From the NCBI GenBank assembly GCA_963732385.1, contig CAVSZB010000007.1, positions 1,504,001 to 1,568,000 of the forward strand: 64,000 nt of DNA, in the 5' to 3' direction. The notes under the pieces were generated by a model. That model searched no databases, was not told where the DNA came from, and saw only the letters and a list, made by a program, of their open reading frames with translations. Position 1 is the stretch's first letter, and every line of letters begins with the position of its first letter. This document shows positions 53,001-61,281 of this stretch, one piece after another. The translations under genes were made by a program, and so were the position numbers. Origin of the DNA: an uncultured bacterium (lineage in GTDB: Bacteria > Krumholzibacteriota > Krumholzibacteriia > LZORAL124-64-63).

Positions 53001-54205
53001 ATGTGGCCCAGCCCGTCGTCCCAGTCGAGCTGATAGGCGCAGTAGACATCCTGCCCCTGCGCCACCAGGCTCGGGAAGCCGCAGCTCATCGCGGTCCAGG
53101 CCGTCAGGTTGGTGATTTCGGCAAAGCTGCCGCTGAGCGCGTCGCGGGCGATCAGGATCTCGACCTCGCCGCTGTAGGCGTCCTGTTCGCCGTTGACCAT
53201 GTAGACCAGGGCTCCGTCGATCGCGACGTCGGGCCAGAGATCGGGATAGCCGTCCGCGTACAGGAAGTCGTAGGACAGCGTGGCGCCGCCGGTCGTGCTC
53301 CACATCCACAGCAGCGTCCACTCGCCTAAGTCGACCATGCTCGCCGCGATGAAGACGCGCGCGAAGTCGCCGGCGCCGCTCACCGCGATCGACGGCGTGG
53401 CGCAGAGCACCCCGGTCGCCAGACCACGCACCCACGACCACGCCTGGGGATTGTCGGGCGCCGAGGAGCGCGCGCGCACCACCACGCCGTCCGACCGCAC
53501 CCACACCACGTGGATGTACCCGGCGCCATCGATGGCGATGTCCGGCATCATCTCGTCCTGGGTGTATGAAGGCATCTCCCAGACGGTCCAGGTGAGGCCG
53601 CCGTCGCTGCTGCGCGCGATGTGGATGTCGCGATCGGTCGAAGCAAGATCGTACCCTTCGAAGACAGCGAAGAGATTTCCCGTGATCGGGCTGGCGGCGA
53701 TCGACACGTACTGGTCATTGGCATGATTCGGATCGGCCAGCAGCGCCGGCGCGGTCCAGCCGAAAGAGGCGGCCTTGGTGGCGGCGGCGGCGCTGGCTCG
53801 GGCGTCCTTCGCCTCGCGCGGGTCATCCGGCCGCGCCGGCACGGCCGCGGCGCGACGATTCGCGGTCAGAGCCGTGAGACGGACGAGTTGGGCGGAGGTG
53901 GCGGGCGATGACGCCGCGCCCGTCGATCCGGCAGGCGACGCTTCCGACCGCAGATCCAGATCGACCCACGCGGCCCGCGCCCCCCTCTTGGCCGGATCGG
54001 CGCGGTAGCTGACCCGGGTGCGCGTGGCGGCCGGCTGTGGCCCGGCCGGCGGCAGCGGATGGCGCGTCGGTGCGACGGCGCCGGCGGCACCGCCCGGCAG
54101 GAGGGCCAGCAGGAGTCCGCCCGCCAGCGTCAATCGTCGCCAGAACGATCGGGGCGGGGCACCGGCGTGATCGTAGCGGAAGCGTGGCACGATGAGCCTC
54201 CCCAT
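50051..54205 (-). CDS. Large exported multidomain S8 peptidase (BNR/propeller, CARDB, propeptide, S8, BACON-like, FlgD-Ig)
   Basis: SSDGGLTW Asp-box; DP.DAVAEENETDN; HLDTG, HGTHTAG, AAGN, GTSMATP; PNPFNPRT..WDG.DD.G. Start uncertain (54205 or 54277). Confidence 0.88.
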   Translation of the reverse strand: MGRLIVPRFRYDHAGAPPRSFWRRLTLAGGLLLALLPGGAAGAVAPTRHPLPPAGPQPAATRTRVSYRADPAKRGARAAWVDLDLRSEASPAGSTGAASSPATSAQLVRLTALTANRRAAAVPARPDDPREAKDARASAAAATKAASFGWTAPALLADPNHANDQYVSIAASPITGNLFAVFEGYDLASTDRDIHIARSSDGGLTWTVWEMPSYTQDEMMPDIAIDGAGYIHVVWVRSDGVVVRARSSAPDNPQAWSWVRGLATGVLCATPSIAVSGAGDFARVFIAASMVDLGEWTLLWMWSTTGGATLSYDFLYADGYPDLWPDVAIDGALVYMVNGEQDAYSGEVEILIARDALSGSFAEITNLTAWTAMSCGFPSLVAQGQDVYCAYQLDWDDGLGHIDGDIIYAFSWDGLTSVYGPYEIAADLRENVGPAIFTRDGVVGVAYLDAPANGDEFGLVTRLAGGRGHPDNWLEQEPVEPAGMVSPSFRAAAGVVGTAATGTAPTLHAIWTDKRDYPTQGLNIYRSRRATRPNLAPFTPEGWSGPLTASYTRGGRTLGPVAAGDTTWVSLAFWNDGLAAATQDVVARLTLDGVIVGAWLLPGGLPTATYAAVEDWPLVVAFGGHDLALVLDPLDAVAEENETDNTWVENLWFLDGDPLLRLSPERVTHAFPAPEPAPATKAAVAAPPLLTRAWLPVVSAELAFAVAAVGPDDLLPVVVTPAEQVDLAALVVLLAAPGRSADHRADVISALKGHVWRKRDKLEKAHRIALLSGRLMAPQELWISGQIALRATPDAIAELAADPEVGRIWLDDRLNSASALPAAGAVGAGVAGAVAAAAVAAPLPTPTQLVPLTAGASLPAAAATVDKALAWHLAKIGATDAWSQGLDGTGVVVGHLDTGVSTGHPDLVGQLWDGGTAFPHHGWDFIDDDNDPFDGDATYWHGTHTAGLIVGDGTGGTTTGAAPGARLMALRCVPGYYQDLVDALQFGLDHGVDVLTMSAGWADPTSDLRASLRGTAEALLAVGVPWLCAAGNGDNAGGHLPLPRDIAAPGDCPNPAYGAGGHTAVITVGATDQYDAVGATSSRGPTAWSLIDPPAYGDYPYPPGLVKPDLAAPGVSITSTVGVSGYATYTGTSMATPLVTGAAAILLQARPLLLPVELAAALEGGALDVAPAGRDNDTGAGRLDIPAALGLLPDTAAEVCWAHNDGPLPLRITDVTWNSAWLSVSPRTALIAPGDSARFTAIFDPAALTAGTHYDVALFACNDPRSPRPLAVTVSLGDDGVTDVPDDGPPAASISALTGHPNPFNPRTVLRFVLAAPGRARLAVYGLDGRRLRTLVDGELPAGPHEMLWDGCDDAGRPLASGTYLARFAGPGGRIVARKLALVR

Positions 54206-54349
54206 GGCTGAACGATCCGAATCGGGCGTGCCGGGCCACGGTATAATAATATCACAAATAAGCATATAATGGCGCAATAATATCGTGATTCACCCGTCAG
54301 ACGGCACTCTCGTTTTGTGCGCGGCGCGAGACTGCGCTATGCTCGCGTC

Positions 54350-55897
54350 ATGCCACCCTTGAAAATTCCGGGCCCCGCCGCGCGATCGGTCATCCCGCTG
54401 GTGGCCGCGCTCGCGGTGGCTGGCTGCGCCGCGCCGCCGCCCGGTCGCGACCGCGCGCCGGAGACCGCGTCGCGGCCGGACGCGCCGGTCGCCGCAACGG
54501 CTTCTCCCACCGGCGGAGCCGGAACGTGCGACCCCTGCCCCGGCACGCCGGCGCGCGGCGGTATGCTCATGGTCGCCCTGCCCGACACTTACGCGATGGC
54601 ACACGCACCCGAGCCGGCCAACGAGGCGGAGCGCACCGTCTTTCGCAACCTCTACGAGACACTCATCACGATCGACTGCGACGGCGAGGCGCGGCCAGGG
54701 CTGGCGGAGGCGTGGAGCGCGGCCGACGACGGCCGACGCTGGACGTTCACCCTGCGCGCCGCGGCCCGCTTCTGGGACGGCCGTCCGGTCACCGCGCAGG
54801 ACGTGAAGACGGCCTGGACCGCCACCCAGCGCCGCGCCCAGACCGCCGGCTGCCTGCTGCCGTGGGCCTGGCTCGACGCCGAGGCCGCCTCGGTCCGCCT
54901 GCTCGACGCGCGCCGGCTTTCCATCCAACTCCCGGAACCGCAGGCCGATTTTCCGCTGCTGCTGGCCCATCCGGCATACGCCGTTGCCCTGCCAACGCGC
55001 ACCGGAGAGTGGCCGCTCGGCACGGGTATCGCCCAGCCGGGCACGGTCGTCGCCGCCACCCGACACGCATCGGGTCAGGGGGGCGGGCAGTACTTCCGGC
55101 CCAACCCCCATCATCCGGGGAAACCGCCCGCGTGGGAGCAGATCTGTTTCCGGCGCCAGGGCACGCCTGGGAAAATGGACGGGCGAAGGATCGACATCAC
55201 ACTGCATGGCGGCGACGCCCCACCTTCCCCCGCGAGTGGGGATGGCGTCGTGTCCAGGCTGCCCTGGAACCGGATCGTGCTGTTCCTCTGTCCGGCGGGT
55301 GGTGGAGAGGCGGAGCGCTGGACCGCGAACTTGCGGCCGGACGAAGCGCTGCCCGATTCGCGGCCCGCCGACATGCTGATCTTTCCCGGAGCCTGGGGAG
55401 AGACCTGCCCCCAACTGGCCGGCCCGGCCGCGGGGCGGAGCGCCACGGTGCGCGCGGACAGCGCCGCCGCGACACCCCCCGGGCGTCTGCTCTATCCGGC
55501 AGCCGATCCCATCGCGCGGGAAATTGCTCGCCAACTCGCCAAGGCCGGCGACGGGGAGACCATCGGGCTGGATGATGCGACCTGGCCGGCCGCCCTGCGC
55601 GAAGGCCGGGCCACCGGCTATGTGATGTCGGTGTCGCGCTGTTATGCCACGCCATGCCTGCAATTGGCGGCGCTGCTGGGCTCGGCGTCGTGGCTGCAGA
55701 ATGCTGCCCTGGGCGGCCGCGGCAGCGGCGGCGTGACACCGGTGGAGGCTTCGAGACGCCTGATCGCGACCGGGGTGGCGACACCGCTGGCGATGACCCG
55801 CGCCAGCCTGACCGTCCGCCCCGGCATCGTCGGTCTGCGCGTGGCGCCCGACGGCGCCCTCCTGCTGGCTGGCGCCGGTTTTACCGGCCCGCCCTAA
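54350..55897 (+). CDS. Family 5 ABC substrate-binding-like lipoprotein (divergent C-terminal half)
   Basis: Lipobox VAGC; NLYETL..PGLAEAW..WTFTLR..FWDG.PVTAQDV. Confidence 0.7.
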   Translation: MPPLKIPGPAARSVIPLVAALAVAGCAAPPPGRDRAPETASRPDAPVAATASPTGGAGTCDPCPGTPARGGMLMVALPDTYAMAHAPEPANEAERTVFRNLYETLITIDCDGEARPGLAEAWSAADDGRRWTFTLRAAARFWDGRPVTAQDVKTAWTATQRRAQTAGCLLPWAWLDAEAASVRLLDARRLSIQLPEPQADFPLLLAHPAYAVALPTRTGEWPLGTGIAQPGTVVAATRHASGQGGGQYFRPNPHHPGKPPAWEQICFRRQGTPGKMDGRRIDITLHGGDAPPSPASGDGVVSRLPWNRIVLFLCPAGGGEAERWTANLRPDEALPDSRPADMLIFPGAWGETCPQLAGPAAGRSATVRADSAAATPPGRLLYPAADPIAREIARQLAKAGDGETIGLDDATWPAALREGRATGYVMSVSRCYATPCLQLAALLGSASWLQNAALGGRGSGGVTPVEASRRLIATGVATPLAMTRASLTVRPGIVGLRVAPDGALLLAGAGFTGPP

Positions 55898-57333
55898 TCC
55901 GCCGACGGCGGCTTCTTCGCGGTCTTCTTGCGCGGGGCGCGGGGCCGAGCCGCAGCCTCCCCCTCGGGTGCCTTGCGCGGGGCCGCCTTTTTCCGGGTAG
56001 CCGGGCGGGACGCTGTCCCGCTGGCCGGTTTGGCGACCGGCGCGGGTGCCGACGCCTCGGTGGCGACGGTCTTGTCGCCCGCCGCCTTCTCTCCCGCCGG
56101 CCTGGCGCGGGACCGCCCGCCGCGGCGACTGCCGCGTTTGGCGGCCGGAGCCGCGCCGGACGCCGACGCCTCGCCATCTTTGGCCGGGACAGCAGGCGCG
56201 GGCACGACCGGCTCCGGCGGCGTGGGATCTGCCACGTTTCCGGTTCCCGACAGCCCGGGCGCCCCCTCTCCGGCCTGGGCGGGGCGGCCATTCTCGCGCC
56301 GCCGGCCTCGCCGACGGCTGCGCGAACGACGGCTTCCTTCAGCCACGCCCTCGGCCGGCAGCGGCCGGACCGCCAGGTCCGCAGCCGTAGCCGCCGGCGC
56401 GGCAGCGGGCTCCTCGACTGCCGGCGGTGTTTCCGGGGTGACGGTCGCCGGCGGGGCGACCGCAGCGCCGGTCGCGGCCGCGACCGTCCCCTCGCTCCGC
56501 CGTCCCCGACCGCCGCGCCGTCGCTCCCCGCTGCGGGCCCGGCTCGCCGGATGCACGCCGACCAGCTGCGCCCCTTTGCCGAGCGCCGTCACGACCCAGG
56601 TGCCGCCCGCGCGCGAGTCGCGTATCGCCTCGAGCAGTCCGTGCGACATCGCCTCTTCGAGCAGGTCGCCGAAGTTCGAATAGCCGTGCTGGTGCTCGTC
56701 GAACTCCGGCTGCTTGCGCTTCATCGTGTCCTTGATGAGCGAGGAGTAGAGCACGCCGCGGCTCTCGCGCTGCAAACCATGGATCGTGGCGACCAGGAAC
56801 TCGAACAGCTTGCGCTTCTCGGCCGGCACGTGCGAGAAGCCGTCGAGTTGCCGGCCCACACGTTCGATGTAGAGATCGTCGTAGAAGATGAACTCATCGC
56901 AGTTGACGATCAGCAGGTGCGAACTGGAGTTGCGCAGCCCCATACCGATGACCGACTTTCCGTTCTCGCGCAGCTTCGAAACCAACGGCGAGAAATCGGA
57001 GTCGCCGGAGACGATCACGTAGGTGTCGAGATGATCCTTGCCGTAGCACATGTCCATCGCGTCGACGACGAGCCGGATGTCGGCGCTGTTCTTGCCGGAC
57101 AGCTTCGGCGCGGGAATTTCGATCAGCTCGATGCCGGCCTGGTGCAGGTCCGTGAGGTATTCCTTGTGATGACTCCAGTCGGCGTACGCCTTCTTGGCAA
57201 TGATCTTGCCCTTCTCCAGCAGGCGTTGCAGCACGATCTGGATGTCGAAGCGCTGCCGCGCGTCGCGGGCGCCAAGGGCGACATTGTCGAAGTCGATGAA
57301 AAGAGCGAGATTGGGTTCCTGCGATGTTGACAT
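55894..57333 (-). CDS. NYN (PIN-like) domain + OST-HTH/LOTUS protein with long low-complexity tail
   Basis: FIDFDNV, AYADW, GKNSADIRLVVDA, SGDSDFSPL, CDEFIFY; PEFDE..GYSNF..LLE. Confidence 0.9.
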   Translation of the reverse strand: MSTSQEPNLALFIDFDNVALGARDARQRFDIQIVLQRLLEKGKIIAKKAYADWSHHKEYLTDLHQAGIELIEIPAPKLSGKNSADIRLVVDAMDMCYGKDHLDTYVIVSGDSDFSPLVSKLRENGKSVIGMGLRNSSSHLLIVNCDEFIFYDDLYIERVGRQLDGFSHVPAEKRKLFEFLVATIHGLQRESRGVLYSSLIKDTMKRKQPEFDEHQHGYSNFGDLLEEAMSHGLLEAIRDSRAGGTWVVTALGKGAQLVGVHPASRARSGERRRGGRGRRSEGTVAAATGAAVAPPATVTPETPPAVEEPAAAPAATAADLAVRPLPAEGVAEGSRRSRSRRRGRRRENGRPAQAGEGAPGLSGTGNVADPTPPEPVVPAPAVPAKDGEASASGAAPAAKRGSRRGGRSRARPAGEKAAGDKTVATEASAPAPVAKPASGTASRPATRKKAAPRKAPEGEAAARPRAPRKKTAKKPPSAD

Positions 57334-57426
57334 GCGTGGATCTCCTTATCCCATGATGCGCATGGGGATTAGGGAGATCATAGCCTGTCGGACGCATTCT
57401 GTCCATGACGGCGGGAGGTCGATGGC

Positions 57427-58569
57427 ATGAGCGCTAACCTTGACGGTCCGGAACTGGCGCGGCTGGTGCGACGGGTCTTCGCGCCGGGGCCGGAGGACGA
57501 CGCCCTGGCCATCATGGTGGATCTGCCCGACGACCGGCTGCCCGACAACCCCGACTGGCGGCAGCGCCGGGCGCTGGCGGCCGGCTGGGCCGGGGCGCTC
57601 GAGACGCAGAAGGGGGCCGCCGGGCTGCGCCGGGTGTCGCTGGTCTGGTACCGCAACGCGGGCGGCAACAACGCCGACCTGCCACCCGTCTGCGTGCCGG
57701 CGCGCCCGGACGAGGTGATCCCCGACACGAGCCTGGCGCTGGCGGGCCGCCCGGAATTGCCGTTCACGGAGCTGTTCGCCACGCACCGCCTGATCCTGGC
57801 GCCGACCGAACTGTCGGCCACCGCGCCGTTGAAGGTGGCGGCCCGCAGCGCCCGCTTCCGCGCCGCCACGATGCCCGGCTTCACTCCAGACATGGTCCCC
57901 GCGCTGCGACTCGATTACGACGAGGTGAACCGCCGGGTCTCGTGCCTGAAGGAGCGGCTCGACACGGCGCAGAGCGCCGAGATCAGGCTGCGGGTCGGCG
58001 CGACGCGTCACGTGCTGCGACTGGACCTCCGTCACCGGCAGGCCCACGCCTCGGGCGGCCTGATCCACGAGCCGGGCACGGCAGGCAATCTACCCTCCGG
58101 GGAGGCCTATATCGTCCCGTACGAGGGGGAACACCCCGACGATCCGAGCCTCACCGCCGGCGAACTTCCGGTGCAGTTCGGCGACGAGATCGTGCGCTAC
58201 GAAATCGCCGGCAACCGCGCCGTGGCGGTCCTCTCGAACGGTCCCCACAGCGACGCGGAGCGCGACCTCATCGCGCGCGAGCCGGCCTACGCCAACCTGG
58301 CGGAGCTCGGCCTGGGCGTGCTCGCCGACTTCGGCCTCGTCCCGGTCAACAGCCTGCTGCTGGACGAGAAACTCGGGCTGCACATCGCCTTCGGACGCAG
58401 CGATCACTTCGGCGGACAGGTCGGACCGGCCGCGTTCAGCAGCCCCGGAGCCGTGGTGCACATCGACCGCGTCTATCTGCCGCAGACCCAGCCGCTGATC
58501 GCGGTCGAATCGGTCACGCTCGGGGAGCGGGTGCTGATGCGGGAGGGCAGGTACACGGACGTTTTCTAG
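57427..58569 (+). CDS. Aminopeptidase, M29/leucyl aminopeptidase-like
   Basis: ATMPG, GNLPSGEAY, AELGLG, LLDEK, HIAFGRS, HID. Confidence 0.8.
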   Translation: MSANLDGPELARLVRRVFAPGPEDDALAIMVDLPDDRLPDNPDWRQRRALAAGWAGALETQKGAAGLRRVSLVWYRNAGGNNADLPPVCVPARPDEVIPDTSLALAGRPELPFTELFATHRLILAPTELSATAPLKVAARSARFRAATMPGFTPDMVPALRLDYDEVNRRVSCLKERLDTAQSAEIRLRVGATRHVLRLDLRHRQAHASGGLIHEPGTAGNLPSGEAYIVPYEGEHPDDPSLTAGELPVQFGDEIVRYEIAGNRAVAVLSNGPHSDAERDLIAREPAYANLAELGLGVLADFGLVPVNSLLLDEKLGLHIAFGRSDHFGGQVGPAAFSSPGAVVHIDRVYLPQTQPLIAVESVTLGERVLMREGRYTDVF

Positions 58570-58671
58570 CCTCCTCGCACCTGGCCCTTGCCTGGCGCAC
58601 GGTCCATTCGTTAGCATGCCGCCCGTTCACACCTCGCACCGCCACCCCCGTCGTTTCCGGGAGGGTTTTCC

Positions 58672-60882
58672 GTGCGCCTGATCATGCCGGCGCGGTGCGC
58701 GCCTTTCGCCCTGCTCTGCACCCTGCTGACGACCGTTACCGGCGCCGCCGCTGTGGCGTCATCCCCTCCCTCGGTGGCGCCGGTCAGCGTGATCGCCGTC
58801 CGCACCGCCGTCGAGCCGCGGCTCGACGGCCGGCTCGACGAACCGGCGTGGCGCGACGCCACGCCCCTCACCGCTTTCACCCAGCGCGAACCGGCCGAAG
58901 GGGCACCCGCGAGCGACTCCACCTCGGTGCGCGTCCTGTACACCGAGAGTGCGCTCTGGGTCGGCGTGCGGTGCGCCCAGTCGGCCGACGCCCCGTTCGC
59001 CGCCAAGGGGCTCAAGCGCGACTTCGACTGGGAGGCGGACGACAATGTCCAGCTCCTGCTCGACACGCTCGGCGACCACCGCACCGGCTGTCTTTTCATC
59101 ACCAACCCCAACGGCGCCCGCGCCGACGTGCAGATCGGCGCCGAGGAGCAGGATTTCAACGTCGACTGGAACGGCGTCTGGGACGTCAGGGTCGCGCGCG
59201 ACGACGCCGGCTGGACGGCCGAGTTCATGATCCCGTTCTCCACCGTGCGCTTCCGCGCGGGCGAGTTCCAGACCTGGGGACTGAACGTCGAGCGGTCCGT
59301 GCGCGCGCGGCGGGAAACCGCGTCGTGGCGAGGGTGGTCGCGCGACCACGTCATCGCCCATGTCGACCAGGCAGGTCTGCTCGAGGGCATCCGCGGCATC
59401 CATCGCTCCGGCGAGATCGAGGTCCTCCCCTACGTCAGGGGAGGGGTGGAGGACGCCCCCGGCGCCCGTGCGTCACGCACGGGCGACCTCGGCGTGGACG
59501 TCAACCTGAACCTCACCAGCGGCCTCAAACTCAACCTGACCGCCAACACCGATTTCGCCGAGGTGGAGGTGGACCAGAGCCGCATCAACCTGACCCGCTT
59601 CCCGATCTTCTTCCCGGAAAAACGGGCGTTCTTCCTCGAGGGGGCCGACCGCTTCGCCTTCACGCTCGACTGGCCGGTGCAGATCTTCTACAGCCGGCGC
59701 ATCGGGCTCGACCCGCGCACCGGCGTAACGATCCGCAGCGGCGAGAAAATCCCCGTGCTCGGCGGGGCCCGCCTCTATGGCAAGGCCGGCCGCTGGGATC
59801 TGGGTCTGCTCTCGCTGTGGACCGACGCGCGCGGCGAGGTGCCGACCACCAACTGGTCGGTGGCGCGCGTGCGGCGCGAGATCGGCCGGCAGTCGTCGAT
59901 CGGGGTGATCGGCGCGGCGCGGGCCGCGGCCGGCTCGTCGAATCTGGTCGGCGGGGCCGATGCCATCTACGCGACCTCCGACTTCGCGGGCGGCCACAAC
60001 TTCGAACTGGCCGGCGCCGTGGCGGCCTCCGACGTCTCCGGCCGGCCCGAGGCGCGCAACCTCGCCTGGCGGATGACCGCCGACTATCCCAACGACGCCC
60101 TGGATCTGTTCCTCGGCGCGGCCGGGGTGCAGCGCGGCTTCCAGGCCGACACCGGCTGGGACGCGCGCAACGGCAACTACCGCGTCTACTCCGGCGCCCT
60201 CTGGCTGAAACCCCGCCCCCGCTGGCCCGGCGTGCGGCAGCTGCGCATCAAGCCGCTGGGCATCGGCTGGTTCGCCACCGACGACACCGGCGAGCGCGAG
60301 ACGGTGGACATGAGCACGATCCCGCTCGGCGTCCTCTTCACCTCGGGCGACTACCTCTGGACCCGGCTGCGCCGCGAGTTCGACCGGGTGGACGAGTTGT
60401 TCCAGGTCGGCGGCCTGCTGCCGGTTACGGCGGGGGAATACTGGTGGAACAGCGCCACGATCGCCTTCGAATCGTACGGCGGGCGCCGCTGGTCGGTGGG
60501 CGAACAGTTCGACACGGGCGACTACTACGCCGGCACGCGGCGCAGCTTCACCACGGACGCGCGCTACAGCGTCAACCGGCATCTGAACCTGAGCGCCGAG
60601 TACGCCTGGAACCGCCTCGAAATGGCCGGCGCGCGGCTGGTCACGCACGAGCTGGGCGCGAGGATCGACTACGCCTTCTCGCCCGACCTGCACCTCTCGC
60701 TCTTCACGCAGTTCAACAATGAGGACCGGGAGCTGTTCACCAACCTGCGCCTCGCCTGGATCCCCCGCATCGGCAGCGATGTCTTCCTCGTTTTCAACCA
60801 GGGCTACGACACGGCCGACAGCCGCTGGGCCTCGACCGGCAGCGCCGCCCTAGCCAAGGTGGTCTGGCGCTTCGTAATCTAG
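58672..60882 (+). CDS. CBM9-like + DUF5916 outer-membrane protein
   Basis: LDGRLDEPAW, NPNGA, GWTAEFMIPF, NTDFAEVEVD..NLTRF..FFPEKRAFFLEG, FYSRRIG; ends KVVWRFVI. Confidence 0.85.
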   Translation: MRLIMPARCAPFALLCTLLTTVTGAAAVASSPPSVAPVSVIAVRTAVEPRLDGRLDEPAWRDATPLTAFTQREPAEGAPASDSTSVRVLYTESALWVGVRCAQSADAPFAAKGLKRDFDWEADDNVQLLLDTLGDHRTGCLFITNPNGARADVQIGAEEQDFNVDWNGVWDVRVARDDAGWTAEFMIPFSTVRFRAGEFQTWGLNVERSVRARRETASWRGWSRDHVIAHVDQAGLLEGIRGIHRSGEIEVLPYVRGGVEDAPGARASRTGDLGVDVNLNLTSGLKLNLTANTDFAEVEVDQSRINLTRFPIFFPEKRAFFLEGADRFAFTLDWPVQIFYSRRIGLDPRTGVTIRSGEKIPVLGGARLYGKAGRWDLGLLSLWTDARGEVPTTNWSVARVRREIGRQSSIGVIGAARAAAGSSNLVGGADAIYATSDFAGGHNFELAGAVAASDVSGRPEARNLAWRMTADYPNDALDLFLGAAGVQRGFQADTGWDARNGNYRVYSGALWLKPRPRWPGVRQLRIKPLGIGWFATDDTGERETVDMSTIPLGVLFTSGDYLWTRLRREFDRVDELFQVGGLLPVTAGEYWWNSATIAFESYGGRRWSVGEQFDTGDYYAGTRRSFTTDARYSVNRHLNLSAEYAWNRLEMAGARLVTHELGARIDYAFSPDLHLSLFTQFNNEDRELFTNLRLAWIPRIGSDVFLVFNQGYDTADSRWASTGSAALAKVVWRFVI

Positions 60883-60953
60883 GGGAGCCCCTTGACAAGG
60901 GGGCCGCTCGTACCGAATCATGGTTGTTCACCCCAGCCCCAAGGAGCGGCTAC

Positions 60954-61271
60954 GTGAATTGGCACGATCTGGAGAAGATGCGCGTCAAGGACCTGCGCAC
61001 GAAGGCAAAGGAACTCCTGCCCGACCTGACCGGCGTGATCGGCATGAAGAAGGATGATCTCATCGCGCAGATCGCCACGAGCCTCGGCATCGAACATCCG
61101 CACAAGCGGGTGGTCGGCATCGACAAGAAGAAGGTGCGGGACAAGATCGAAGCGCTGAAGGTGAAGCGGCAGGCCGCTCTCGAAGCGCACGACGGCGCCG
61201 AGTTGAAGAAGCAGCGCCGGCTGATCCACCGTCAGAAACGACGCCTGCGCCGCGCCGCCGCCATCCTGTAG
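60954..61271 (+). CDS. Small basic protein with a Rho-N-like N-terminal motif
   Basis: AAGGAG RBS then GTG 60954; LEKMRVKDLR..AK....GVIGMKKDDLI; basic helical tail. Confidence 0.7.
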   Translation: MNWHDLEKMRVKDLRTKAKELLPDLTGVIGMKKDDLIAQIATSLGIEHPHKRVVGIDKKKVRDKIEALKVKRQAALEAHDGAELKKQRRLIHRQKRRLRRAAAIL

Positions 61272-61281
61272 GACGCGGACC

